Source: Candidatus Bathyarchaeia archaeon (GTDB lineage: Archaea; Thermoproteota; CALKCG01; B24). From it: a stretch of 64,000 nt of DNA. The position numbers were made by a program, and so were the translations under genes. The stretch is from contig JAVZJD010000001.1 of NCBI GenBank assembly GCA_038870975.1, forward strand, positions 928,001 through 992,000. The letters are read 5' to 3'. The notes below the pieces were generated by a model. The model saw only the letters and a program-made list of their open reading frames with translations. It had not been told where the DNA came from and did no database searches. Shown piece by piece: positions 1 through 10,077 of this stretch. The stretch's first letter is position 1; each line of letters begins with the position of its first letter.

Positions 1-2162
1 AGCGATATAGCATACTGTGTTAAATCAGGTGTATAGGTTATTGTTACAATTCCACTTCCACTTGGTAAGAACACTTCTATGAATGGTACTTTAACTCCAA
101 GCATTTTCATGAGGTTCGAAGGATAGTATGGAACTACTGTAGTAGGCCTCCCATTTACTTTTACTTCAAGCTCAGGATAGTAGACCATTCTAATCTTAAG
201 TTTATCGTCAGGTTTAGCCCCTTTAAACTCTAAAACTATGGTATCTACCGTATAATTTAGAATACGGATTGCTGCGGTTGAATTTTCAATAGAGGCTATT
301 GGATTGAAGCTCTTCATCCTAAAGACTTCGAATAGGCTGTTGGAGAAAACTTTCACGTAGCCGCTCTGTTTAAGAGTGCTTCTAAGTGAAGGGTTTATCA
401 CGGCTATATACGTCACGCCTAATTCCTTAGCCAGTATTTCCAACTTTTCCAAGTCGTTAGCCAATGCATCTGCTTCGATCGATAGGATGCGGTTACCCTC
501 AGTATTAGCTATGGAGTTTGTTATGTATCTGGTTCCATAGATTCCACCTATCGTAGGAGTATTCGACATTAGAGACGCTAAGTAAACATAATGGCTGGGC
601 GGGTTAACTACACCCAAAGTATCCTGAATTAAAATGTACGTGTTTGATTTGTCTGAGCTTTGAATCCACCCTATTAACTCTTCTACTCTAGAGGGTAGAG
701 AGTAGTCGTAGCTCAAGGGGAACACTATACGGCGGTTTAGCGGATGGGCGATATCCGTAGTCTCCAATTGAGCGCTTAGAGACATGCATATGAGAATTAA
801 AGCTAAAACCGAGCAAAGCTTATTGTTCACAGACGCGTTAGACTTCCTTCTTAGAAGACTCTTCAGGGCGTATATGGCTCTTGAAAAGCCTACACCTGCT
901 AAAGCTATTAGCATATATCTCGCGGAAGCCACACATTTACCGAAGGCAAGCTCACTATGGAAAGGTATTATTCTGGTCAAGTCAACCCATCCTATTCTAA
1001 AACTTTCATATCCTGCTCCTATCCATAAGAGCAGTATGGATGAAATCAGCGGATGGTAGCAGTCGTCTTTATAAACAATGTAGCCCACAATTAGGAACGG
1101 TACGGCTAGAATGAGGACTGATGGGTTAACAGTAGTCAGTGATATTGAAAATACGATGTAACCGAGTGTAAGGGAGACAACCCCCAGTTTCTCCTTCAAC
1201 CCTATTCTCGCAGTTCTAGTGAAAATCCATATTCTGAGAGGTATGACTAGTAAAGCTAAAGATATTATAAGCCAAGTATAGGGCTTGAATGTCTCCAAAA
1301 TATCTATGAGAGCCCACTTCCCAATTTCCCACTTAATGTTCCAGATGAGGTTGTGATATATCTTATTGTATTTCATCATTGGAATAAGCCAGAATGACGA
1401 GAAGAGTATGGTAAAGCAAGCTATTAAACCATAGTCTAGAAAAGCTCTCCATAGGATTCTAGCGTTTAAGCTTAAAATCCTCATGACCATTAATACGGCT
1501 ATGGATATGGCTAGGGAGTAGAAAACCATTGGATGAGTCACCATGGTTGAAGCTGAGAAGAACGCTGCCCAAATACAGATAACAAGCCACTTGAATCCTA
1601 AGTCTAAATCTAAAGTGTGTATTATCAAAGCTAAAGCTACGAATGAGAGGACTATTCCCATACTCTGCCCCCACATTCCGACTTCATAGATCTGTTTAAT
1701 CCCAGCGTCAAGCCAAGCACTTTCACCTGGGAAGACTGTTACTGCGATTAGCGCTGCTGCTACAGCTCCAACTCTATCCGCTGTTAAAGCTCTAACGTAA
1801 ATGTAGACCGCAGGAGCGTAGGCTACGTAGACTATATTTAATGCTAGCTTGTAAACCGTGTAGAAGTCTACGAATTTTAGAAGACCATAGGCTAGGATTG
1901 CTACATAACTGTGGGGTCCGCAGTAGTAGAACTGGTTGAGAGGCCAGCCGTACTGGTTTAAAGGGTCCCAGCCTAAGAGTCTGCCCTTAGGTAGGAGGTA
2001 TTTTAGAGTGAGCCATGCCTGGTTTATATAGTTCGGATGGTCCCATCCTATTAATATGCCGGGTCTGTAGAAGGTTTTAATTGATAGAGTTGCGTAGAAG
2101 GCTATGATCGTTAGGGATAGATAGTCCCAGTTTTTCTTTAGAAGGTTGTTGAAACGGCTCAT
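1..2162 (-). CDS. Large polytopic membrane protein, GT-C-type glycosyltransferase (PTPS-related/YfhO-like); runs off window edge
   Basis: Not in ORF track (no stop in window). Manual translation from ATG 2162: MSRFNNLLKKNWDYLSL...GWDHPNYINQAW...LGWDPFNQYGWPLNQFYY... then many TM segments and a soluble C-terminal domain. 'GWDHP' first loop and 'W.P....G.P..QFY' are typical of GT-C/PTPS-related proteins. Confidence 0.75.
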   Translation of the reverse strand, partial: MSRFNNLLKKNWDYLSLTIIAFYATLSIKTFYRPGILIGWDHPNYINQAWLTLKYLLPKGRLLGWDPLNQYGWPLNQFYYCGPHSYVAILAYGLLKFVDFYTVYKLALNIVYVAYAPAVYIYVRALTADRVGAVAAALIAVTVFPGESAWLDAGIKQIYEVGMWGQSMGIVLSFVALALIIHTLDLDLGFKWLVICIWAAFFSASTMVTHPMVFYSLAISIAVLMVMRILSLNARILWRAFLDYGLIACFTILFSSFWLIPMMKYNKIYHNLIWNIKWEIGKWALIDILETFKPYTWLIISLALLVIPLRIWIFTRTARIGLKEKLGVVSLTLGYIVFSISLTTVNPSVLILAVPFLIVGYIVYKDDCYHPLISSILLLWIGAGYESFRIGWVDLTRIIPFHSELAFGKCVASARYMLIALAGVGFSRAIYALKSLLRRKSNASVNNKLCSVLALILICMSLSAQLETTDIAHPLNRRIVFPLSYDYSLPSRVEELIGWIQSSDKSNTYILIQDTLGVVNPPSHYVYLASLMSNTPTIGGIYGTRYITNSIANTEGNRILSIEADALANDLEKLEILAKELGVTYIAVINPSLRSTLKQSGYVKVFSNSLFEVFRMKSFNPIASIENSTAAIRILNYTVDTIVLEFKGAKPDDKLKIRMVYYPELEVKVNGRPTTVVPYYPSNLMKMLGVKVPFIEVFLPSGSGIVTITYTPDLTQYAIS

Positions 2163-2197
2163 TCTAGTTTTTCTCAAGGTGGAGGGTCTTATTAAAA

Positions 2198-3076
2198 CTA
2201 CAACAAGTAGAGGAGAGTAAACACTGAGATGAGCCATATGACAAATACTGAGGTGAACTTCCACTGTTTGAATAATTCGCTTGGGTTGTTTGCTACGGCC
2301 GTGTTTCTCCAAACAGTATTGGTGTAAAACGCTACTAAGTATGTGATGAGTGGTATGGTTAGAGCAAACCCGATCCCATGGACGTTTATACTATAAATTG
2401 TGTAGACTACGATTACCAGGAATGATACTATGAAAAGTCCGCGTCTGATTTGAATCTTCTTGTAGTATTTGAGGGCCTTTCTATGGGTTTCTGCGTTATC
2501 GCCAAGTTCGAGAATCTCTCCGACACGTTTTCCAAAAGACAGCAGTAGGGCTAGTGAAAATATGCCTACTATAAGCCAAGGCGATATTGGTACTGAGATT
2601 GCGTAGGCTCCGGCTATGGCTCTTATAACGTAGTTTAAAGACACATCGGCTACGTCTAAAAGTGCATAATCTTTCAAGGTGAAACTGTAGATTTGTGTGT
2701 TTAGAAATAGCATAATCATACATATCAACACGTTTAGGTTAACGCAGTAGGCTATAGTGAAGCCGGTGGACGCCGTTAAAATACTCAATATTGCCGCTGT
2801 TCTTATGGAGATTAGATTCGATGGTAAAGGGCGTAGTCTTTTAATCGGATGTTTCTTGTCTCTCTCCAAATCTCGTATATCGTTAAGTATGTAATTGGCT
2901 CCTGATGTTAAGCATGCTGATGCAAAGGATGCTATTAGGCTTGGCCATAGGTCTAGTTTAAACATCGATTGTGAGAAGACGGCGGGTACGATTATGAGTA
3001 GGTTTTTATACCACTGGTTTGGCCGGGTCAATGTAATGAACGCTCTAAAGGCTTTTAATCGCCTATTCTTGCTCAT
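2198..3076 (-). CDS. UbiA-family prenyltransferase, decaprenyl-phosphate phosphoribosyltransferase-like
   Basis: RPNQWYKN, YILNDIRDLERDKKHPIKRLRPL, YSFTLK, GKRVGE motifs match the DPPR-synthase subfamily. Start 3076 chosen from GAGGTG RBS (ORF track gives 3103). Confidence 0.85.
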   Translation of the reverse strand: MSKNRRLKAFRAFITLTRPNQWYKNLLIIVPAVFSQSMFKLDLWPSLIASFASACLTSGANYILNDIRDLERDKKHPIKRLRPLPSNLISIRTAAILSILTASTGFTIAYCVNLNVLICMIMLFLNTQIYSFTLKDYALLDVADVSLNYVIRAIAGAYAISVPISPWLIVGIFSLALLLSFGKRVGEILELGDNAETHRKALKYYKKIQIRRGLFIVSFLVIVVYTIYSINVHGIGFALTIPLITYLVAFYTNTVWRNTAVANNPSELFKQWKFTSVFVIWLISVFTLLYLL

Positions 3077-3087
3077 AGTCACCACCT

Positions 3088-4203
3088 CTAGTATGGATTC
3101 CATTCATTGAGTTTGGTATCTTCTGGGTATTTCCCATATGGATATTTAAGCCAAAGCCTTCCCCAGTTGGTTTTAAAGAACCTTCTCATACGTATGCGTC
3201 CGATTGTAGGATACCATATGTAATCGTGGTATACGTTTGACGCTAAAACTGCCAGTTTAAACATTGGACTGTTGAACAATACTCTATCCACCACGGGTTT
3301 TCCTCTTAAAAGCTGGTCGAAGAATATTGCGGGGCTCCGTTTAACTTTAAACTTGAAGTCTATCTTCGCTGGGTCTAAGTCGCCTACTACATCTATTTGG
3401 CTGATGTCTGCACACCCCAAGCCCTTCTCGTGGGCGATGCGTAGGTATTCTATATCCATAGGGTTAAACCCCATGATTCTAGCAGCCACTGAGTCGACAG
3501 CCACTTGGTCTGCCCCTGCTATTAGAATATTTCCTTCTCTAGGTGTCATTGTTCTAGGTCCAGCTCCATCTCCCATCACAGTCCCGTCGACTACTGCGAA
3601 TACTCCTGGGTGTATTTCACGTTGTATTTGGAGAAGGTCGACTAGAACTTCGTGGATGTTTTTATGGGCGTGGTGTCGATATTTTGGGATGAGTCCTCCA
3701 AAGGAGTTTTTAATAGCGCATGTGATCTTTGTATGTCCGTGGGTTTTTAAAGTGGCTAAGTGTAGGATTCCTCTACCTATGAATAGGGTTGGAACTAGGA
3801 TTTTCGTTTTAAATAGTTTATCTAAAGCTAACAGTTGAGACTTAGGCTTGTATTCTATCCATTCGACATTGGGAAGTGGGATGAATTTAACTCCATATTT
3901 TTCGAATATTGGTAGCCATTTATTCAGGTAGGCCCCCTTCCATGGATGGGTTACCACGGTTTGATTTTCGACTGGAAACACTTTAAATCCATCATTAGTT
4001 AAAACCCTTAAAACACCCTCGAGTTGCCATACTGGTGTTGAACAGGCTGGGAAGAAGAGAGACCATGAGAGGTTAAGCTTCAAAACGATTTCTCCTACGC
4101 TTGGGAAATGCCTCCTGTAATCTGCTATTCTCATTAATCGCTCATAGTCTTCAATAACTGTCTCTGGTGAGGTGCGGATAACGGTGACTCTGGGGTTTTT
4201 CAA
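3088..4203 (-). CDS. DUF362 domain protein
   Basis: LKLNLSW..., LKTHGHTKITCAIKNSFGGL, VVDG..GDGAGP, DQVAVDSVAARIMGF motifs; no ferredoxin appendage. Confidence 0.8.
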   Translation of the reverse strand: MKNPRVTVIRTSPETVIEDYERLMRIADYRRHFPSVGEIVLKLNLSWSLFFPACSTPVWQLEGVLRVLTNDGFKVFPVENQTVVTHPWKGAYLNKWLPIFEKYGVKFIPLPNVEWIEYKPKSQLLALDKLFKTKILVPTLFIGRGILHLATLKTHGHTKITCAIKNSFGGLIPKYRHHAHKNIHEVLVDLLQIQREIHPGVFAVVDGTVMGDGAGPRTMTPREGNILIAGADQVAVDSVAARIMGFNPMDIEYLRIAHEKGLGCADISQIDVVGDLDPAKIDFKFKVKRSPAIFFDQLLRGKPVVDRVLFNSPMFKLAVLASNVYHDYIWYPTIGRIRMRRFFKTNWGRLWLKYPYGKYPEDTKLNEWNPY

Positions 4204-4358
4204 TTCGAGGATAATTTTTGAAAATCCTGCGGATAATCGTTTCTCAGGTTTATCGTAGGAAAATCCATCCGTCGATTTACATCCTCGTTTTCTATCTTCG
4301 GCTTAGTGTTTAGCAATTTATAAGTAGTTCTTACTCCGTATTTGTTCGTGGTGTCTCT

Positions 4359-5354
4359 TTGGCTGAAGTCTTCTACGATAAAGATGTAGAATTGTCTATT
4401 TTAAACGGTTTAACTGTGGGCGTGCTCGGATATGGCAATCAGGGGCGGGCTTGGGCTTTAAATATGCGGGACAGTGGAGTTAAAGTCTTAGTTGGCAATA
4501 TACGGGATGAATATTGGACTAGAGCCGAAGAAGACGGTTTCAAAGTCCTATCCCTCGACCAAGCATCTGCAAATTCAGACATCTTATGCCTCCTTCTTCC
4601 AGATGAGCTTCAGCCGGTCGTATACAGGGATTACATAGAGGCCAATTTGTCTGAAGGTAAGATGCTTGTTTTCGCTCATGGTTTTTCAATAAGATATGGG
4701 CTTATAAAGCCTCCTGCTTTTGTAGACGTAGGTTTGGCGGCGCCGAGAATGATAGGGTCTGGTGTTAGAAGGCTTTACACACTAGGCTCTGGTGCTCCAG
4801 CGCTACTGGCTGTTAAACAAGATTACAGTGGCGTAGCTTGGGGGAGGCTACTGGCTTTAGCTAAAGCCTTGGGTTTTACTCGTGTAGGAGCGGTTAAGTC
4901 TAGTTTTGAAGAAGAGACAGAGCTCGACCTTTTCACAGAGCAGGCTGTAATGCCTATAATACTTTCAGCCTTTATGAAGGCCTATGAAATACTCTCTGAA
5001 GCTGGCTATAGTTCAGAGGCGATAATACTTGAGCTTTTAGCGTCTGGTGAACTTATAGAGGTTTTCAGACAGGTGTGTAAACTCGGGCTTATAGGTCAGT
5101 TGCCTCTGCATTCTAGGACAAGTCAGTACGGTCAGCTTTCCAGGGTGCAGAGGTTTATAGACATTGTTGAAAAGCCTATGAGGCTTAGCCTTGAAGAGAT
5201 AAGGTCTGGGCTTTTCTCGACGGAGCTTATACTTGAACAGAGGAGTGGATACGTTAAGTTTCGCAAGCTTATGGAGGAGGCTGCATCCCATCCACTATGC
5301 CGTGCTGAAAACGCCATTAAAAGCAAGGTTAAAATACCCTACGACGTCTTATAG
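4359..5354 (+). CDS. ilvC: Ketol-acid reductoisomerase (divergent class I, IlvC-like)
   Basis: GYGNQG Rossmann motif, LLPDE, FAHGF, ETELDLFTEQ. Confidence 0.85.
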   Translation: MAEVFYDKDVELSILNGLTVGVLGYGNQGRAWALNMRDSGVKVLVGNIRDEYWTRAEEDGFKVLSLDQASANSDILCLLLPDELQPVVYRDYIEANLSEGKMLVFAHGFSIRYGLIKPPAFVDVGLAAPRMIGSGVRRLYTLGSGAPALLAVKQDYSGVAWGRLLALAKALGFTRVGAVKSSFEEETELDLFTEQAVMPIILSAFMKAYEILSEAGYSSEAIILELLASGELIEVFRQVCKLGLIGQLPLHSRTSQYGQLSRVQRFIDIVEKPMRLSLEEIRSGLFSTELILEQRSGYVKFRKLMEEAASHPLCRAENAIKSKVKIPYDVL

Positions 5355-5426
5355 GGTTGAAATCCATTAATCTGTTTGCCTACTGTGGTTTTGATTTTTA
5401 CATTTTCGTAGGCCCTCTATTGGATT

Positions 5427-5882
5427 TCAGCGCAGTTTGATGAGTATTAGTATGCTGATTATGATTAGGATTATAGACGTTATAACAGTCATTATTTGGC
5501 TTAGCCTTAGGAGTCTAACTAGGTATATTGGAATTGTATTGATGTTTATTACGTTGTTTACAAGCACCATATAGGTTATAGTTAGAGTAAGCCCCATAAA
5601 ACCTGCGACTAACGCTAGTATGCCGAGTATGACTGCTATGCTTTTAGAGCCGTTTGTAGAAGCGGGGGTTGGACTGGCTGTTGTAGGCTCCTCGGGTATT
5701 ATTAAAGCCGCTATTATGTACAGTATTATTCCAAAACCCCATACTAGGGAGATTGCAACCCATATGAGTCTCACTACTACGGGGTCTATGTTTAAGTATT
5801 CACCCAACCCCCCGCAGACACCTGCTAAAATACGGTTTTTCCTAGACCTATATAGTCTTTTAACTGGTGTAGTTTGCTCCAT
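5427..5882 (-). CDS. PspC domain membrane protein
   Basis: KRLYRSRKNRILAGVCGGLGEYLNIDPVVVRL PspC signature plus extra TM helices. Confidence 0.9.
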   Translation of the reverse strand: MEQTTPVKRLYRSRKNRILAGVCGGLGEYLNIDPVVVRLIWVAISLVWGFGIILYIIAALIIPEEPTTASPTPASTNGSKSIAVILGILALVAGFMGLTLTITYMVLVNNVININTIPIYLVRLLRLSQIMTVITSIILIIISILILIKLR

Positions 5883-5961
5883 ACTTTATTTATATTAAAA
5901 AAGTGGATTTAAAACTATTTATATACAGTGTGTTTTTAGTAAGGCCATCGACATTAGGTGG

Positions 5962-7539
5962 TTGCCGTTGAAGGAAGTGCATAAATGGGGTGTTTTTGAA
6001 GCCGATTTTAAAAGTAGTAGTAGCTATGGTGATCCTTTTCGAGATGTGTCTCTCAGCTGTATCTTCAGATCTCCAACTGGTAGAGAGTTTGTTGTCGATG
6101 GTTTTTGGAACGGCGGCTCCACTTGGTGTGTTAGATTCATGCCAGATGAATTAGGCGTCTGGAGTTATAGGACTTTATGCTCCAATAGCGGTGATGAAGG
6201 GCTTCATAATCAGACAGGCTTCTTCGAATCCGTACCATATGAGGGTGAGAACCCCATCTATATCCATGGTGCTTTAAAGCTTTCAGATAATCGGAGGTAT
6301 CTGGTTCATGCCGATGGTGTTCCATACTTTTGGCTTGCCGATACCGCGTGGAATGGTGTTTTGAGGTCGACAGTCGCAGAGTGGTCTAAATACTTAAAGA
6401 TCAGGAGGGAGCAGGGTTTTACGGCTGTTCAGTTTGTAGTGACGCATTGGCGTGGAGGGCCGTGTGATGTTGAACGTGAGACTGCCTACGAGGGTAGAGA
6501 GAGAATAATCAGGTTGAATGTTGAATTTTTCAAACGTATTGACGTTAAATTCTCCATGGTAAATGAATACGGTTTAGTAGCTGCTCCAGTGCTCTTATGG
6601 GCTATTAGAGATGATATTAGCCCCGGCTCAAACCTTACAGATGGAGATGCGCTTTTACTAGCACGCTATTTAGTGGCTAGATATGGAGCATACATCTTGG
6701 TTTGGATATTGGCTGGAGATGGAGACTATAGGGGTGGTAAAGCTGAACGTTGGAAGTTTATTGGAAGAGCCGTCTTCCAAGGTAGATCTAGACATCCAGT
6801 AACCATGCATCCCGCTGGAAGACATTGGCTTCTACCTGAATTTCTACATGAAGAATGGCTGGATATAGTAGGCTATCAAAGTGGACATGGAGTCTCTGAA
6901 GACGACTTGAAATGGCTCTGCTTCGGTCCGCCGAGTAGAGACTGGCTTTTAGAACCGGCAAGACCGTTTATAAACCTTGAGCCGAATTACGAGGGTCATC
7001 TAGCGTATAGGGTATTTAAGCCTATAACTGCGCATATGGTTCGTAGAGCTGCGTACTGGAGTCTTCTAGTGGCGCCACCCGCGGGTGTATCGTATGGAAC
7101 CAATGGAGTCTGGTATTGGAGTAGAAAACCCGAGGTTCCGATTAACCATCCTCATATTGGTGTTGCTAAACCTTGGAGAGAAGCCGTTAATCTTCCAGGT
7201 GCTTGGAGTATGGGTCGGCTTAGAAGGATATTTTCGAAGATACCTTGGTGGGTTCTTCGCCCAGACCATGAACTACTCGTGGAGCAGCCGGGTTTTAAAC
7301 ATGTGGAGCTATTCGTAGCCGCATGTCGAAGTGAAAAAGGTGAAATCGCCTTAATCTATACGCCGGAAATGCAGAGTCTAAATTTAAACCTCAGCCATAT
7401 GAAGAAGCCTTTTGAAGCGGTATGGATAAATCCACGTAGAGAGGAAGAAGTGAGAATAGGTGTATTCTCATGCGACCGTTTAAACCTTACGCCTCCAGGA
7501 CCGGGTGATTGGCTACTAATACTGAAAGCTTTAAGCTAA
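5962..7539 (+). CDS. DUF5060/DUF4038 glycoside hydrolase (apiosidase GH140-like)
   Basis: VRFMPDELGVWSY, PYFWLADTAW, YQSGH, NLEPNYEG, YGTNGVW motifs. Confidence 0.8.
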   Translation: MPLKEVHKWGVFEADFKSSSSYGDPFRDVSLSCIFRSPTGREFVVDGFWNGGSTWCVRFMPDELGVWSYRTLCSNSGDEGLHNQTGFFESVPYEGENPIYIHGALKLSDNRRYLVHADGVPYFWLADTAWNGVLRSTVAEWSKYLKIRREQGFTAVQFVVTHWRGGPCDVERETAYEGRERIIRLNVEFFKRIDVKFSMVNEYGLVAAPVLLWAIRDDISPGSNLTDGDALLLARYLVARYGAYILVWILAGDGDYRGGKAERWKFIGRAVFQGRSRHPVTMHPAGRHWLLPEFLHEEWLDIVGYQSGHGVSEDDLKWLCFGPPSRDWLLEPARPFINLEPNYEGHLAYRVFKPITAHMVRRAAYWSLLVAPPAGVSYGTNGVWYWSRKPEVPINHPHIGVAKPWREAVNLPGAWSMGRLRRIFSKIPWWVLRPDHELLVEQPGFKHVELFVAACRSEKGEIALIYTPEMQSLNLNLSHMKKPFEAVWINPRREEEVRIGVFSCDRLNLTPPGPGDWLLILKALS

Positions 7540-7638
7540 ACGTCCTTTAAACCAAGCGGAATTTAGGTTTTTCACCTAGTTGTAGAAAGTAAACTTTATT
7601 AAACGAAAACAGTAAAGCTATTTGTGCCTATACGAGGC

Positions 7639-7713
7639 AGCGGGGTGGGGTAGCTAGGTTAACCCGCCGGGCTCATAACCCGGAGATCGGTCGTTCAAAT
7701 CGACCCCCCGCTA
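7639..7713 (+). tRNA. tRNA-Met(CAT), initiator
   Basis: AGCGGGG/CCCCGCT acceptor with A1:U72; anticodon arm CCGGG-CTCATAA-CCCGG with three G:C pairs; GTTCAAATC T-loop; CCA not encoded. Confidence 0.95.
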
Positions 7714-7841
7714 CTATTCATCAACTTCTAGGTTTAAGTTATTTTTATCGTTGAGTGGAAGATTTTTTTAACTGATATATTGTCTTTTTTCCACGATTTT
7801 TTCAAGGAAATGTTTTTATTCTTAAAAATTTACGTTTAATC

Positions 7842-8534
7842 ATGGATTTGAGTCAAATTAAGGTTGGTATTGAGAATTTGGATGCTCTCCTGCAGGGGGG
7901 TTTTATAAGAGGTTCTACCGTTGTTCTTTGCGGTCCTGTTGGTACTTTGAAATCCCATATTGGTTTTCACTTTATTTATAGTGGTTTAGTGAATGGTGAG
8001 AAGTGCTTCTGTTTTAGTACGAATCAAGACTTGGATGTTTTAGCTCTTCAACTTAAGATCAACTACGGCTGGGATTTAAAACGGTATGTCGATACTGGGA
8101 TGTTGGACTTTCTCTACTATTCGCCGGCTAGTGTTCAGATTTCACGTTTAGCGTATGAGCTTAGTGGTACGGAGATTGTTAGAGAGATTGTCCATAGGGT
8201 GGGTGATGATGTCAGTAGGATAGTTGTTAATACGTTGTCTCAGCTGTTCACGGTGATAGGTGACGAAGGGCTCGTGTTGAGTTTAATCTATAGGTTGAAG
8301 GCGAAAGTTGGGAAGAGTGGGGCGGTGGCGCTCTTTATAATGGATAGTAAGATTCAGAGGGAGAGTATTGAGGAGAATGTGAAATCTATAGCCGACTATG
8401 TCTTAGAAACTAGAGTACATGAAGATGTGATGCATGAGGAGGTTGTAGAAATAAGGCTTGTTAAGTCTTTGACGAGGCATGACTTAAAATGGCATAGGGT
8501 CTACTTGGCTGAAAACGGTGTACACGTCGAATAG
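7842..8534 (+). CDS. KaiC/RAD55-like RecA-superfamily ATPase
   Basis: GIENLDALLQGGFIRGS, Walker A-like GPVGTLKS, IADYVLE. Confidence 0.8.
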   Translation: MDLSQIKVGIENLDALLQGGFIRGSTVVLCGPVGTLKSHIGFHFIYSGLVNGEKCFCFSTNQDLDVLALQLKINYGWDLKRYVDTGMLDFLYYSPASVQISRLAYELSGTEIVREIVHRVGDDVSRIVVNTLSQLFTVIGDEGLVLSLIYRLKAKVGKSGAVALFIMDSKIQRESIEENVKSIADYVLETRVHEDVMHEEVVEIRLVKSLTRHDLKWHRVYLAENGVHVE

Positions 8535-9087
8535 TAGTCTAACGTCTACATCAGACTTCTCCTAATCATCTCTAACAGCGGTTTTATCTGGTTAGTATTT
8601 TCAACTTCTACTTTTCATCGTTTAACTGTTGTAATGGCTTCTTCTTACAACTTTTTAAGGTTTTTATGGACTTTTATGGAGCGGTTTATGGTTGTTTTTT
8701 ATGGATGCTTAGACCCCCTAGTCGGGTTCGATTGAAGCCCTCGGTTGGGCTACTGGGGTTTTCGAGTTCTAACGGTATAATCGATTCTTCGAAGGCTCTA
8801 CTCTTACGCGCAGTATTAGAGTTTAAACTCCTACTTTAGCCTACTCATCTTCAACGTTGCTTAAGCTGGCTCATTAGGTTTTAGAAAGCGTAATCTATGG
8901 GCTTTTCGTACACTCGACGAGCTGTGGCTCAGACGCTTTATACTCTTCATACCATTCTAACTCTTCCACATCAGAAGAAGAACTTAATCAACTCCTACAC
9001 AAAGTCATCAGTCTCCATAGAGGATTCCTATAGTTGACTACATCAGAAGGCTTAAATGATTTTTATCAACATCTTGATGTGATCCAC

Positions 9088-10077
9088 ATGGTGAGCCTAG
9101 AGAGAAGTACTCTACGTGTTCAAACGCCTGATGGTGGCTTTGTTGAAATACCCTACTTTAAGATTAAAGGTAGGTCTTACAGCCCTGTTGTTTATATTCA
9201 AGCGGCTCAGCATGGAGTTGAACTTACAGGCGTGTACACGATTAAACTTTTACTAGACAGTATTGCGAGCATGGATGTTAACGGGACAATTATACTCGTT
9301 CCTGTGGCAAACCCTTTGGCTGTAAAGTGGAGGAGGCACTTTTACAAGATGGAGTTGGGAGAACCATACTCTAGCTACCATCCCCACCAGATGAATAGGC
9401 TTTGGCCTGGGAAAGCCGATGGAAATGAAACTGAGAGAATGGTCTACAGTCTTTATAGAAACTTGGTTGAGCAGGCAGACTACGTTATAGACCTTCACTG
9501 TTATGAGCAGTGGATTGCGCCAGCTGCACTAGCTAATGGGTGGGATGAGGTATCCGTAAAACTTGCTGAGTACTCGCTACTACCATTTATAGAGATTTAC
9601 GATAAACCAAACGTTCATAGAGGTATGTTGAGTTATGTGGCCACCGAAGCTGGTAAACACGCGCTCACAATTGAGCATAGTGGTCAAAGGTGGGTTTCTC
9701 CAGAGCAAGCTAAGCTTGTGTATAAGGGGCTTATGAACATCCTCCGCTACTTGGCCATAATTTCAGGTGAAATTATCAAGCCGAAGCTTCAGTTTACGCT
9801 TGGAAGAGATCAACACGTAGATGTTTATGCCCCTGAAGGAGAGTGGATAATAGTTGTCTTAAAATCGGCTGGTGAATGGGTAGAAGAAGGGGAAGAAATA
9901 GCTAAACTTCTCAATATGAACAGTCTAGAGGAGGAGACTGTTAAAAGTCCAGTTAAAGGCATGATCTACTGGATAGGCTCTACGAGAAGCAACATAGACA
10001 CTAGACCATCAGAAGAAGTCCAAGTGGTCTTGAAGGGTGAGAAGTATCGAATAGCCACAATCTACGTCGTAAAATAA
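9088..10077 (+). CDS. Succinylglutamate desuccinylase/aspartoacylase (M14-like) family protein
   Basis: AAQHGVE, MNRLWPG, IDLH, TIEH; C-terminal biotinyl-like KSPVKG. ATG 9088 preferred over TTG 9034. Confidence 0.85.
   Translation: MVSLERSTLRVQTPDGGFVEIPYFKIKGRSYSPVVYIQAAQHGVELTGVYTIKLLLDSIASMDVNGTIILVPVANPLAVKWRRHFYKMELGEPYSSYHPHQMNRLWPGKADGNETERMVYSLYRNLVEQADYVIDLHCYEQWIAPAALANGWDEVSVKLAEYSLLPFIEIYDKPNVHRGMLSYVATEAGKHALTIEHSGQRWVSPEQAKLVYKGLMNILRYLAIISGEIIKPKLQFTLGRDQHVDVYAPEGEWIIVVLKSAGEWVEEGEEIAKLLNMNSLEEETVKSPVKGMIYWIGSTRSNIDTRPSEEVQVVLKGEKYRIATIYVVK

Noticed and set aside
784-1674. Short ORFs 784..1059 and 1459..1674
   Set aside because: Nested within the long minus-strand GT-C reading frame 1..2162
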